Notes: generated by a model not told the origin, from the letters alone. A stretch of 64,000 bases of DNA from Candidatus Omnitrophota bacterium (GCA_028716245.1 JAQUQW010000003.1:84638-148637), one strand, 5' to 3'. Shown: positions 39,401 to 46,336, counted from the stretch's first letter. A program made the numbers and translations.

Positions 39401-40257
39401 AAATAAGCGGTTGTGGTAACATTAAATCCGGGGGGAACGCTGACTACATCATCCATAATGGCCAGGCTCAACCCCTTGCCGCCCGCAAGCCTCAACCCGT
39501 CATTTTTTAAGAAAACCGCATATTCTTCTTTTAATATTTTAAGTTGGTTTTTAGCATCTGGGGTATTTTGTTGTTGTAGTTGTTTTATTTTTTCTTTATA
39601 TTCTTCGTTTTTATTCGTAAATTCCTGATCGTGATATAGCCTTAATTCACGGTAATCCAGAGTCATTCTGTCCGCGACAGCTATCGTAGCTCTCTTTTCC
39701 AAGAAAAGATAATCGGATAATACAATATCTATAGCTTTTATACCTTCTGCCTTAGCCTTAGCGGCATCTTCAACGAACGCCTCAAGCGGAATCTTCTTTA
39801 TGTCTTCACCAATTTTCTTTATGCTAAAACCCGCGTTGTCTTTTTTCACGAAGGCCACCGGTTCACCGATAAAATAAAGCACAGAATATTCTTCTCCGTC
39901 CTTTACCGAAGCGCCAAACACTTCTTCCATTTTCTTTTTCGCTTCAGGAGAATGCTCTAAATCAATTACCTGTTTAGAGTAAGTATCGAATGAAAAATTA
40001 ACGGTTGAAGAAACTTTATAATCACCCAGCATTTCCCGCATAAAGTCATTTTTAATGCTGGTTATGCTCAAATCTTCTGTGAACGCTTCTGGTCTTAGCT
40101 TGTCCGCAGCTGCATAGGCCTGTTTAATAGACGCATTAGTGAGAATAAAACTGGCTAACACAACTCCTATAATAAACTTTGAAACCAGGCCGTCTTTAGA
40201 AAACTGCGCGGACATTTTCTTCTCCTTTTTTAAATAAGTTTTTGATTTTTTATGCAT
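33454..40257 (-). CDS. Giant secreted multi-domain protein (2267 aa) with a complete PEP synthase / pyruvate-phosphate-dikinase-like module
   Basis: The N-terminal hydrophobic leader (..KFIIGVVLASFILTNASIKQAYAA) is paralogous to the leader of the 1493-aa protein. The PPDK/PEPS N-terminal ATP-grasp carries GGKGLSLAIMDD..PPGFNVTT..VAVRSSGIKED..WASLFTDRAVSYR. The phospho-His swivel domain carries RGGDTCHAAIFCREQGIPAVTGVG. The PEP-utilising TIM barrel carries IMIEVPSDAILAD...FFSFGTNDYSHL...NLCGESV. About 700 aa of unassigned K/E-rich C-terminal sequence follow. Confidence 0.65.
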   Translation of the reverse strand: MHKKSKTYLKKEKKMSAQFSKDGLVSKFIIGVVLASFILTNASIKQAYAAADKLRPEAFTEDLSITSIKNDFMREMLGDYKVSSTVNFSFDTYSKQVIDLEHSPEAKKKMEEVFGASVKDGEEYSVLYFIGEPVAFVKKDNAGFSIKKIGEDIKKIPLEAFVEDAAKAKAEGIKAIDIVLSDYLFLEKRATIAVADRMTLDYRELRLYHDQEFTNKNEEYKEKIKQLQQQNTPDAKNQLKILKEEYAVFLKNDGLRLAGGKGLSLAIMDDVVSVPPGFNVTTTAYFKFVKANPELYDLIKEELKVLDTMDDQKRDAITRKIREVMKRSSIPDDIKNEVLVMYRQLNVLRVLAKKDIPARVAVRSSGIKEDIKVSSWLPITTGSQAGQSDTFLNVSGEKNVLDKLKADWASLFTDRAVSYRDDAIFLIFSSAIEFEGKQPKRVYYDLINKLREYAVRLNKPEFTDYAETLTNYRNPGSVNLMNAMEEILKYENNPEIRHSLETMQKIALEFIHPEEIGIDVVIMQMVRSYLAGVIFSVNPATKMAGVSQALYKAWKGDKSLVQLDKEGNIVGTKPIVVSFEIAYGYGENVVGGKVDPDKFVMATYDGINWFFLERHKGTKLIQMINIEKSIDLLKSKLSQDKIRSLAGMVEKAISYDEVDKRINGILVTNLYGTRYLNELPDKTETEKDKKARVQKIATDIANMIKANSSIGAVQEYIKQNFHVSPNNEKNGLKESAVNKLIQEVFASVENASNEAKAGMSSLHEFFGNSIETAEAFILMTKEVWENKEFDLVHRGDVLKKLGLEAKEMRNLSYLIRALVDNSFTCNLETTPTHQDSFSINDEEAIEIAHMAWNIANFYKDQRDIEFAVEIDPSVPKGQEGRLEAYTADVDGARLKMQKDGKLVKVEDTARGGKVVLKLYNVQARPYTAAIQKTDVVRQRSEVDEKFIEDNNIKAITSGTKGENATEAYVLVFDPNKTIDWHAETIRRLKAGQFSDEEKRQIKKLGFNPDEFGIGKDKVLPIALYLLEADPNHDPIMRLVDAVITIRGGDTCHAAIFCREQGIPAVTGVGKFTLEERLVATGDGLTVDANNGLLYKLEPDPAKRIPVNFVKFRIKPYGIPGDDDGMPYPSIGQIIASDSTAQQNAPIMLAEDDAGNALTRAEFKAEQLGLNVFAGYGYDLIQNIKAGRSKMPELVTVEQLIEGKIEGSEKFVSKVNNEIFKYYKDKPEILNGFKEQFSREYKIEDGIKLLSIFDLMKLREQDSPLNREQLRLLDYSMKIPGIVSALTDQYGAMQRRFNFDYNIISQLNKSPWILKEIENKLVEKGYSSFGKYVGTEFRTFYNLMGFSVSPDQKAKNRAYDFAQDKIRGMPGSEIFSWPGVNPLVGLRGASLEIEGIDEDFDGNQKVLSFLLDSVIDANQNTHNQAWFYVFIRFVRELDMLDIALERIAARKGKLPKQIGIMIEVPSDAILADKLGKKLLAMREKYKKYGVELTFFSFGTNDYSHLAGKGDREDPRMKLELLDPAAIKAINAIKEAGFFYNDSIKKLPLIDEGADVMIQLMEAVVKEAKELGIRINLCGESVTSLVGRGDYDSAGKIMNLLDSFGISMMSVRLLASMTRLDTMSATKEIIAPESEKEVLFDLNAGEVKQRTGVIKGEVIYVEKAEDLLPDALKGLEGAELEEKREFLKLQSLESARSTMKTYNKVVVLNRNLVAISEDELVKAMTPAYFEQFKREGLLKPIGNNLYVWTNLNVHAKKFSAQLKDRRFSDDERTKIMAIWQKCWDNTIEGLERRGIDWDDLQYAKAIIVDGDVNLDGWDVFRRDKGIVPTRIKAIAKGIGAMRPQLEGQFVTIDYAAKKIYKGNLKVEKKKAIVRSLPIPQYDPQIDTKQAVEENANSVYSKIEFNPLVLLAFENEQIKGKTLEDSLGKVFDEYVGKLIDELDKIAKEKYQDKKLSLINEIQEKIKKEPEKIIKEFLQDKLDKITRNDGAALSKNWLEELRNRYFADMRKRIVSRLNGKSAKEFIKDSFKQQMQEIIEKNKGQFVVHKTTSLNCLVFRNMNFGFLVEQVNPNPDYGLLGAARAIGDFWEINRLELEAFKEVRAALPVKERKDFGLQITELKGTQSGAVIIAWKYILKDMGIIPGEDGLQLGVNIATPSDTLAVDKYFEYFKDLGTGLNFVTFDKIMLGAAWAGVDIYWKEWRRLAKEGELQEIGDVAIKIVKGKMEDINKNDDQNKKIIVSFAPLVKETKEINDAAEKQKIEENAVSGKN
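35450..39550 (-). other. PEP synthase/PPDK-like three-domain module (nucleotide-binding, phospho-His, PEP/pyruvate TIM barrel)
   Basis: See the parent CDS. The catalytic His (GGDTCHAA) lies near 37115 and the GTNDYSH/CGE motifs near 35560-35775. Confidence 0.6.
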
Positions 40258-40301
40258 GCGCTAATTAATTATGAGGACAAAAAACTGTTGATTATATGTT
40301 T

Positions 40302-40327
40302 GTAACCGGGGACGGGAAATTCCCGTC
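40302..40327. terminator. GC-rich hairpin ggggacggg-aaatt-cccgtcccc followed by ATTTTT (between the 1279-aa and 2267-aa giant genes)
   Basis: It shares the ccggggacg arm start with the nrdJ terminator palindrome at 7476. It has plus-oriented terminator geometry although the flanking genes are on the minus strand, so it may act bidirectionally or as an mRNA-processing/attenuation hairpin. Confidence 0.4.
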
Positions 40328-40348
40328 CCCGATTTTTCCTTAAATGAA

Positions 40349-43300
40349 TTAAATTGCAACTACAGCCGCGACTTCTGCTTTATATTCTTCAACTGCATTT
40401 GCAATAGAAGGTATTACCGCATTAGATTTAACTGTAAAACTGCCCTTTGCATCTTGAGCGAATAATGCATCCAATGCCGTCAATTTATCATTGGTTAACG
40501 TACCCTCTGAAATGAGATTTAACGCTAGTTTCAATGCCTTAGCCATTGAAACTGTCTGTCCTTTTTCTTTTGTTTCCCCAAGTACGATCATATTCTCAGA
40601 AGAACCCTTGAACTGTTCAATATAGCCCTGAGAACCAATTACGACATAAATACCCGTGCCGAATTTCTCGTTTACAACGTTAACTACATTCGCGGGATTT
40701 TTGCCTACCACAATACTGGCGAACATATCCCGGTTTAAGTTAGTGAAATCTCCATTGATATCATTTACTTTCGCAAAGAACTTATCCACCAACTTATTCG
40801 CTTCTTCAGCACTTATTTTACTAGGAACATCGATAATAAACTTAATGTTGTTTTTGCTAAGCTCGCCTTTCTTAAGAAACTTTCCCTGCTTTTCAAGAAG
40901 TTGTTTAAGCACGTTTTCCAAAGCCATAACCCCATCAGGGCCTGATTCAACAAGAGCGGCATAGTTTATAACTACTGGGATGGCCTTATCACCACGCGTA
41001 TTTTTTTCCACAACAGCATCAGGGACATTAACGTCGATATCATCTGAGAATGCATCCATAATCGGCACCGCCGGGCCATACTTAACTAATTTAGAAACTT
41101 TGGCCCCGCCCTTAAAGGAAACTTTCTCTAAATACCTTTTACCGAAAAGAAGCTCTAAAACATCGGCAATTGTAGAGTTTTCATCCCCGCCTATCTCACC
41201 TACCTCAGTCTCGACTCCGCTGTCTTGGTGTATTAATGTTGCCAAAAACGCGCTAACCAATGCGTTTAACCTCATTGGCATAAATGAAGCATCTAAAGCA
41301 AATTCGGTAAAACCAGCTGCAACTTCCACCTCAACTAATTTATACGCCTTTTCAATTGCTTTAAGCGCGCCTAATACATTCTTTTGAGTTTGAGTAGGAT
41401 TGGATAACTCTTTTAATTCCTTAACTTTACTTGCAAAAATCGCTTTTCTCTGAACAATATCTTTTTCTTTTAAAATATTATTAAGAAGCTTGGCAACTTC
41501 TTCTTGGGCTTCCTTATCCTTCAAAAACTCCTTATCCGCTTTTACGGTTACATGGTCTCCTTTGATAATGAAATTTTTAAACCCAAGCGCTTTAGTTCTT
41601 GCTTTTATCAATTCAGCAAACTTTTTAGGATTGTCGAACGAAAAACCGCCCGCATAGGTATAATCCAATTCGCTCATTGCCTGCTGGAATATAACAAAGC
41701 TCTTTGTGTTGATTGCCGCTTTAATAATTCCATCTATACTCAAAGGCGTTCGAATATTATCAGCCATAATGATGCGATCTGTGTCTTTTAATGCGTCCAA
41801 AACAATACGCCCCGGATAAGAGGCGCCTTCCGGCACTATAAAAGGCTCGGGTTTGACAGAATCAATAATGCCGCCATTATTATCGACTAATCTGGTTTCA
41901 AACCAAGCGCAGGGCTTCCCGTTTACCACACCTAAACGCAAAAAATTGATTTTACTTCCTTGCTCTCCAATTTCTACGCCATCTGTTCTGAATACGCCAT
42001 TATTGCTGATAAATGCCATAGATCCACGAATACTGGCATCTATATCGCTATGCATATACAATACTTTACCGGCAATAATATCCTTCCATTCTTCGGGATA
42101 GGCTTTCTTTATGGCGTCTATTTCACTTTCTTGCTCCCCTTCTTTTGGTTTGTCGCTAAAAGCGTACCTGCGTTTTAAATCCTTTGCATCTTTACCATCC
42201 GAAGCCTTATTTACATTCTCAGAAACTAACCGATTAAAGACAAGCGCGCCTAATGCCTTAAATCCACTGCCTATGGCGCGAATATATTCTCCTTCCGGAG
42301 CGCCGACTAAAGTCATCATAACTTTATGTTTCTCTCTTGTTTTAATACCAAGGATGGCATCGATACCATGCGCTACCGTTCCGTCTTTGATAGTCGTAAG
42401 CGTTAATCCTTTATATTTTTCCTGCAATTGCTTTATTGCGGCTATTCTTGCTGTTTCTCTGGGCCTATCCATTATTACAACTTCTAAGTCGCCAATGGTT
42501 TTCCCGTTAGCTTTTGCAATCCTATCCAGCATTGCTTCTATTTTATTAATATCACCATCCGCGGTTAACTCCGGGTCTAATGGATTAGCAATAAATTCTA
42601 TCAACTTCTCAGGAGGCACCCGGGTAACAACCTGATCTATATAAGCATCTAAGGTATTACGCATAAATCTTTTAACACCGGGCCCATAAAGCATAATGCT
42701 GGTTGCCCCAGATTCTTTTTCTTTTAAATCTGCTGTTGCTTTTCCATATACATTAGCAACAAACGCGTTTGTTCCCTCGATTACATCCATAATCCCATAT
42801 TCTATTCTAAACTTCTCTCCGCTTGTTGATGTATATTCATCTAAACCATCCTCTATCGCGGCTTTAATAATCGCTGCTTCTTCCGCCTTAAGGCTTTCCG
42901 GGATTATAACATCGCCTGCCTTAAAGCTGGCTTTTAGCGCATCCCTGCCAAATCCTTCACTTACACGCGCTATTAAAATAATTTTTTCACGATTCACTAT
43001 TTCTTGGAATATTGCTTTTGCCGCTCCATCTGCTTCATCTTTAATAAGGTTTATTTGATTTTTAAGAGCATCTGTTTCATCTTTTTTTGTTTTAATTATT
43101 AATTCGTTATTTCCCGCCTTTTCTAGTTCTTTTACTTCCTTTTCCAAAGCTTCTTTCTTTATTACTAAATCTAGCGCTTTCCCACGTAAACCTTTTACAG
43201 TTAAAACAGCAGCGGTTGCGCCTGTGATCTGAAGAGAAAAATCATCTACTAAGGGCTTAAGCGGCTCATATCCTATTTTAAATACCGAACTTTTTCGAAC

Positions 43301-44188
43301 CGGAACAACAAGGCCGGATTTTAAATAATCATTCACTAAAGCATCCGTTCCCGCGCTGCCAAAAGCGATCATGTGTTCAGTAGCACTTTTTTCTGTAGCT
43401 ATATCAATTTTTTCTTTTACATCGGGAGGTAAATTTTCCCACTCTTGACTATATTTACCTATGAGATTCTTTAGCTCTTTACCAATAAGTCTTTCTAAAT
43501 TCTTTTGGCTAGCTCCTTCTCTCTGGGTAACATCGTATTTCTTACCGTAAGTTTTTATCAAATCATCGATCATCCTATTGACTAAATTTTGCAGTTCAGG
43601 GTGAGTTGTCTTTGCTTCCTGAATTATAACTTCCCATGCTATATTCTGCCAATTAGTTCCCACATGGCCAATCCTCATCCCTACTTTTCTAAGGGACGGA
43701 ATGTTTGGAATCGGTGTGCCGGTTATGCCATGCTGAACTACAAGTATTCCATAATAAGCAAGAATACGAGAAATAGCATCAGTACCCGGTAAATTCATCT
43801 TTGTTTCTATTAAATTGCCGTCTGCATCATAATTATTACCGTGCGCGGTGCCATTGTTCAGGGCTAATAAATAAGGCAAAGGATTCAATTCCTGTGCTGT
43901 TAATAAAGCAAAAAGCCCTTCGGAAGGTTCTTTCGTAACAATTAAGTCGCCTTTTCCAACTCCGGTTTTTATCGCGTTTTTTATAGCAAAAATTTGTTCC
44001 GCGTCTGCTGTGGTCGTAGGATTAGTTTTAGCTGAGTTATTTCTTAAATTAAACGTAGAAACCACGCCTGCGGTAGCAATGTTGCTAAAAACAAAAGTTA
44101 CTGTAACTACCAATGAAACTAACCTATACCACATCTTTTTATTTAATTGCCCTAACATTTTCCTTCCTCCTGTTTTCTTAATTTTCAT
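40349..44188 (-). CDS. Giant secreted multi-domain protein (1279 aa) with class-II aldolase-like (C-terminal half) and GlpX-type fructose-1,6-bisphosphatase-like domains
   Basis: The signal/anchor is MKIKKTGGRKMLGQLNKKMWYRLVSLVVTVTFVFSNIATA. The aldolase-like region carries NNGTAHGNNY (cf. GTSHGAYK) and ILVVQHGITGTPIPN..LRKVGMRIGHVGTNWQ (cf. PLVLHGGSG.P.E.I..AI..GV.KINIDT..Q). The GlpX-like region carries MDVIEGTNAF (cf. VDPIDGT), VVIMDRPRETARIAAIKQL..LTLTTIKDGTVAHGI (cf. ILDRPRH..LI..IR..GA.V.LI.DGDVA.AI) and MTLVGAPEGEYIRAIGSGFKALGALVFNRL (cf. G.GGAPEGV..AAA.RCLGG..QGRL). Confidence 0.6.
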   Translation of the reverse strand: MKIKKTGGRKMLGQLNKKMWYRLVSLVVTVTFVFSNIATAGVVSTFNLRNNSAKTNPTTTADAEQIFAIKNAIKTGVGKGDLIVTKEPSEGLFALLTAQELNPLPYLLALNNGTAHGNNYDADGNLIETKMNLPGTDAISRILAYYGILVVQHGITGTPIPNIPSLRKVGMRIGHVGTNWQNIAWEVIIQEAKTTHPELQNLVNRMIDDLIKTYGKKYDVTQREGASQKNLERLIGKELKNLIGKYSQEWENLPPDVKEKIDIATEKSATEHMIAFGSAGTDALVNDYLKSGLVVPVRKSSVFKIGYEPLKPLVDDFSLQITGATAAVLTVKGLRGKALDLVIKKEALEKEVKELEKAGNNELIIKTKKDETDALKNQINLIKDEADGAAKAIFQEIVNREKIILIARVSEGFGRDALKASFKAGDVIIPESLKAEEAAIIKAAIEDGLDEYTSTSGEKFRIEYGIMDVIEGTNAFVANVYGKATADLKEKESGATSIMLYGPGVKRFMRNTLDAYIDQVVTRVPPEKLIEFIANPLDPELTADGDINKIEAMLDRIAKANGKTIGDLEVVIMDRPRETARIAAIKQLQEKYKGLTLTTIKDGTVAHGIDAILGIKTREKHKVMMTLVGAPEGEYIRAIGSGFKALGALVFNRLVSENVNKASDGKDAKDLKRRYAFSDKPKEGEQESEIDAIKKAYPEEWKDIIAGKVLYMHSDIDASIRGSMAFISNNGVFRTDGVEIGEQGSKINFLRLGVVNGKPCAWFETRLVDNNGGIIDSVKPEPFIVPEGASYPGRIVLDALKDTDRIIMADNIRTPLSIDGIIKAAINTKSFVIFQQAMSELDYTYAGGFSFDNPKKFAELIKARTKALGFKNFIIKGDHVTVKADKEFLKDKEAQEEVAKLLNNILKEKDIVQRKAIFASKVKELKELSNPTQTQKNVLGALKAIEKAYKLVEVEVAAGFTEFALDASFMPMRLNALVSAFLATLIHQDSGVETEVGEIGGDENSTIADVLELLFGKRYLEKVSFKGGAKVSKLVKYGPAVPIMDAFSDDIDVNVPDAVVEKNTRGDKAIPVVINYAALVESGPDGVMALENVLKQLLEKQGKFLKKGELSKNNIKFIIDVPSKISAEEANKLVDKFFAKVNDINGDFTNLNRDMFASIVVGKNPANVVNVVNEKFGTGIYVVIGSQGYIEQFKGSSENMIVLGETKEKGQTVSMAKALKLALNLISEGTLTNDKLTALDALFAQDAKGSFTVKSNAVIPSIANAVEEYKAEVAAVVAI
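42100..42900 (-). other. GlpX (class II FBPase / F/SBPase)-like domain inside the 1279-aa protein
   Basis: The DRPRE..I..DG(T/D)VA..I and GAPEG signatures sit in the correct order and spacing. The metal-site DxxDGT is present as DVIEGT (Asp to Glu). Confidence 0.55.
43600..43970 (-). other. Class-II fructose-bisphosphate-aldolase-like C-terminal half (degenerate/truncated)
   Basis: The GT.HG.Y and hhhQHG..G.P motifs are present, but no upstream DHG/EAELG half is visible. Confidence 0.4.
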
Positions 44189-44192
44189 TTAT

Positions 44193-45788
44193 TTATTCCT
44201 CATCACTGCCATTTGTACCGCTGTTACCTTTATCTATATTCTCGCTCTGCAGGTTTTTCTTTTCGCTTCTTAAGACGGAAAGATAAACGCTGGAGTCGGT
44301 TTTCTTAGTGATTGTCGGGGTGACTACCGCGTAGGAATAGCCTTTTTCTTTAAACATCTGCGTCATACCGGGCGTGTGAAACCCGCCGGCGATAAATACC
44401 GCTATTTTTTCTCCGGATTCATCCATTTTCTTGACAATGTTCTTAATAAACGCCTGCTCGCGGTCAGAACCCAATTTATAAAATTCCTCAAATTTACTCA
44501 TGTTCTCATCGATTACCCCGGAGGCCGACGGCCGCAGCGCTAAATTGTATTTGGCGCAGTTATCGCTTAAGAAACTTAACCAGGAACCGGTTGACATATC
44601 CGCCCGGTTTGCCTTAAAATATCCGTAATCTTCGGGGGTCAACTCTAAACTGACAACACCTTTAAGCACATCAAGCGCTTTTGAAATTTCATACAATTTT
44701 TTCTGGTCGGCGTTGGCGAAAAGCTCCTCTTTTATTTTCTCTTCCAAAGAACCGACTTCTTTTAAGAGCTGGGCGACATCTATTTTTTTGTTTTCGTTTA
44801 TGTAGCGGATATAGGCGGCCAACTGGGGATAATTTTGTTCAAGGTTGATTCTTTTCTTTGCCGCCAGGTCTTTCAAAAATGAATAATATTCCCCGGAGGT
44901 GATATTTCCAGCCTTAAAATCCTGGCTCTTGTCAACTACAGTTTTTACCTGCTTTTCATTGAGCAGGCTGGCTAAGCTCTTGATAAACTCATTCCTTTGG
45001 GCTTCCGCTTCCTTAAAATCAACCTCTTTTTCCATCCGGGCAAGCTCCGCGAAAGCGCTTAAAAAAGGATAGCTTTGAAGGTCAAAACCTTTATTACTGG
45101 CAATATTTTTAAGATAGCCGCAGTATTCCCCCAAAGATAAAGTTTTATCCTCATAGTTTTTCTTGGCGCTCTCTAAATATTTTACTTCTTCGCTGTAGAT
45201 CTTTGGCTTTAAAGCGTTGACAACTTTGGCTAAATCCTCTAAGTATTTTAAACTTTCGTCCCTAAGGGCATCTACTTTATGAAAAACATCCAAATGCGCC
45301 TCATACAAGGCTTCATCTTCTATCCCGTAAAGGTCAAGAGGATAATCGGCAACAATGTCCAAATACTCTTCGCCTGAGATTTTTCCCAGCTTCAGGTATT
45401 TATCCGCCACGCCTTCCCGGGCTTTTTTATCAGCGTAGTTGCGCAAAAACTCAAGGTTGACATTTCCGCTGCCGCCTTCAACCATGATCAATTTAAGATT
45501 TTGCTCCTTGGCCAGATAATCCAACAACTGCGCCATATTTTTCTGGGCTTCATAATTACAATGGGCATCCTGGATATGGATAATCGTCTTACCTAAATTA
45601 GAATTCTGCGTATTGACAGGTGTAGTGTCCTGGCTATCAAACACCTCTTTGATGTTTCCGAATATGGAGGGAATATTGATGGTTTTTACTAATGAGGTTG
45701 GGCTTGCTAAGCTAATTCCAAAGAAGAAAAAGAATTGGATCGCTAAGAATATTAGAATTTTTCCGCGATGAGGCTTATTTTCCAACAT
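44193..45788 (-). CDS. TraB/GumN/Tiki-superfamily-like secreted protein (first gene of the giant-protein operon)
   Basis: 531 aa with a signal peptide (ILIFLAIQFFFFFGISLASP). The N-terminal TIIHIQDAHCNYE motif (cf. GTMHV..) and the C-terminal VFIAGGFHTPGMTQMFKEKGYSYAVV (cf. VGAGHL.G..G....L...GY.V) match the two conserved motif regions of the TraB/GumN family. The assignment is tentative. Confidence 0.4.
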   Translation of the reverse strand: MLENKPHRGKILIFLAIQFFFFFGISLASPTSLVKTINIPSIFGNIKEVFDSQDTTPVNTQNSNLGKTIIHIQDAHCNYEAQKNMAQLLDYLAKEQNLKLIMVEGGSGNVNLEFLRNYADKKAREGVADKYLKLGKISGEEYLDIVADYPLDLYGIEDEALYEAHLDVFHKVDALRDESLKYLEDLAKVVNALKPKIYSEEVKYLESAKKNYEDKTLSLGEYCGYLKNIASNKGFDLQSYPFLSAFAELARMEKEVDFKEAEAQRNEFIKSLASLLNEKQVKTVVDKSQDFKAGNITSGEYYSFLKDLAAKKRINLEQNYPQLAAYIRYINENKKIDVAQLLKEVGSLEEKIKEELFANADQKKLYEISKALDVLKGVVSLELTPEDYGYFKANRADMSTGSWLSFLSDNCAKYNLALRPSASGVIDENMSKFEEFYKLGSDREQAFIKNIVKKMDESGEKIAVFIAGGFHTPGMTQMFKEKGYSYAVVTPTITKKTDSSVYLSVLRSEKKNLQSENIDKGNSGTNGSDEE

Positions 45789-45825
45789 TTTCTCCTTCCT
45801 TTCTCGCGGCCGGCAACAAATAAGA

Positions 45826-45902
45826 CAGCCGCGATTTTTTTAATTGAGCTAACAACTCCGGCGAAAAGCCGGAGTTGTTAGCTCAATTAAAAACCGTGGC
45901 TG
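45826..45902. repeat. 77-nt near-perfect inverted repeat (23-bp perfect core arms) in the 5' leader of the giant-protein operon
   Basis: cagccgcg-atttttt-ttaattgagctaacaactccggc-gaaaa-gccggagttgttagctcaattaa-aaaa-ccgtggctg. Confidence 0.6.
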
Positions 45903-45977
45903 TCTTTAATTACCTAACTAGAAAATTATAAGCTTCAGAAAAACTTTTAAAAACTATTTCTCTCAGATTCGTTGTAA

Positions 45978-46005
45978 AGTATACAATATTTAAAAGCCTT
46001 GTCAA
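45978..46005 (-). promoter_or_regulatory. Candidate sigma70 promoter (TTGACA-N16-TATACT, minus strand) for the TraB-like/giant-protein operon
   Basis: -35 is the revcomp of 46000-46005 and -10 the revcomp of 45978-45983. It predicts a ~180-nt leader containing the 45826-45902 palindrome. Confidence 0.35.
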
Positions 46006-46139
46006 GTATTTTTTTAACTTTTTTTCTTTTTTATTTATCAGAGCCAAAACCCTCGGGATATGCAATAGTTAAGTGATTAAAACATCCCCCGGATCATAGG
46101 CAACAATGTCATTTCTGGCCTCCAAAACGTAAGTTAGAT

Positions 46140-46198
46140 AGGGAACGTTTCTATTTTTTACCAGAGTCATACTTTCTTAAAAAATAGACACGTTCCCT
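46140..46198. repeat. Inverted repeat with 20-nt arms (1 mismatch) and 19-nt loop downstream of the giant ORF stop
   Basis: agggaacgtttctatttttt ... aaaaaatagacacgttccct. Confidence 0.5.
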
Positions 46199-46250
46199 GG
46201 TTTTTCGCCTGTCAGACTCGCCTTAATATGAATTTAAAGTGCACTTATCC

Positions 46251-46310
46251 AGATTGGACAAATATCAAGCCAGAATGGACAATAATACGCTCTATTATTA
46301 AGATTGGACA
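46251..46310. repeat. Three direct repeats AGAWTGGACA (46251, 46272, 46301) immediately 3' of the giant ORF
   Basis: agattggaca / agaatggaca / agattggaca with 21- and 29-nt spacing in an ORF-free 550-bp region. Confidence 0.4.
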
Positions 46311-46336
46311 TAAGTTACACTTAATATTTCTGAAAT

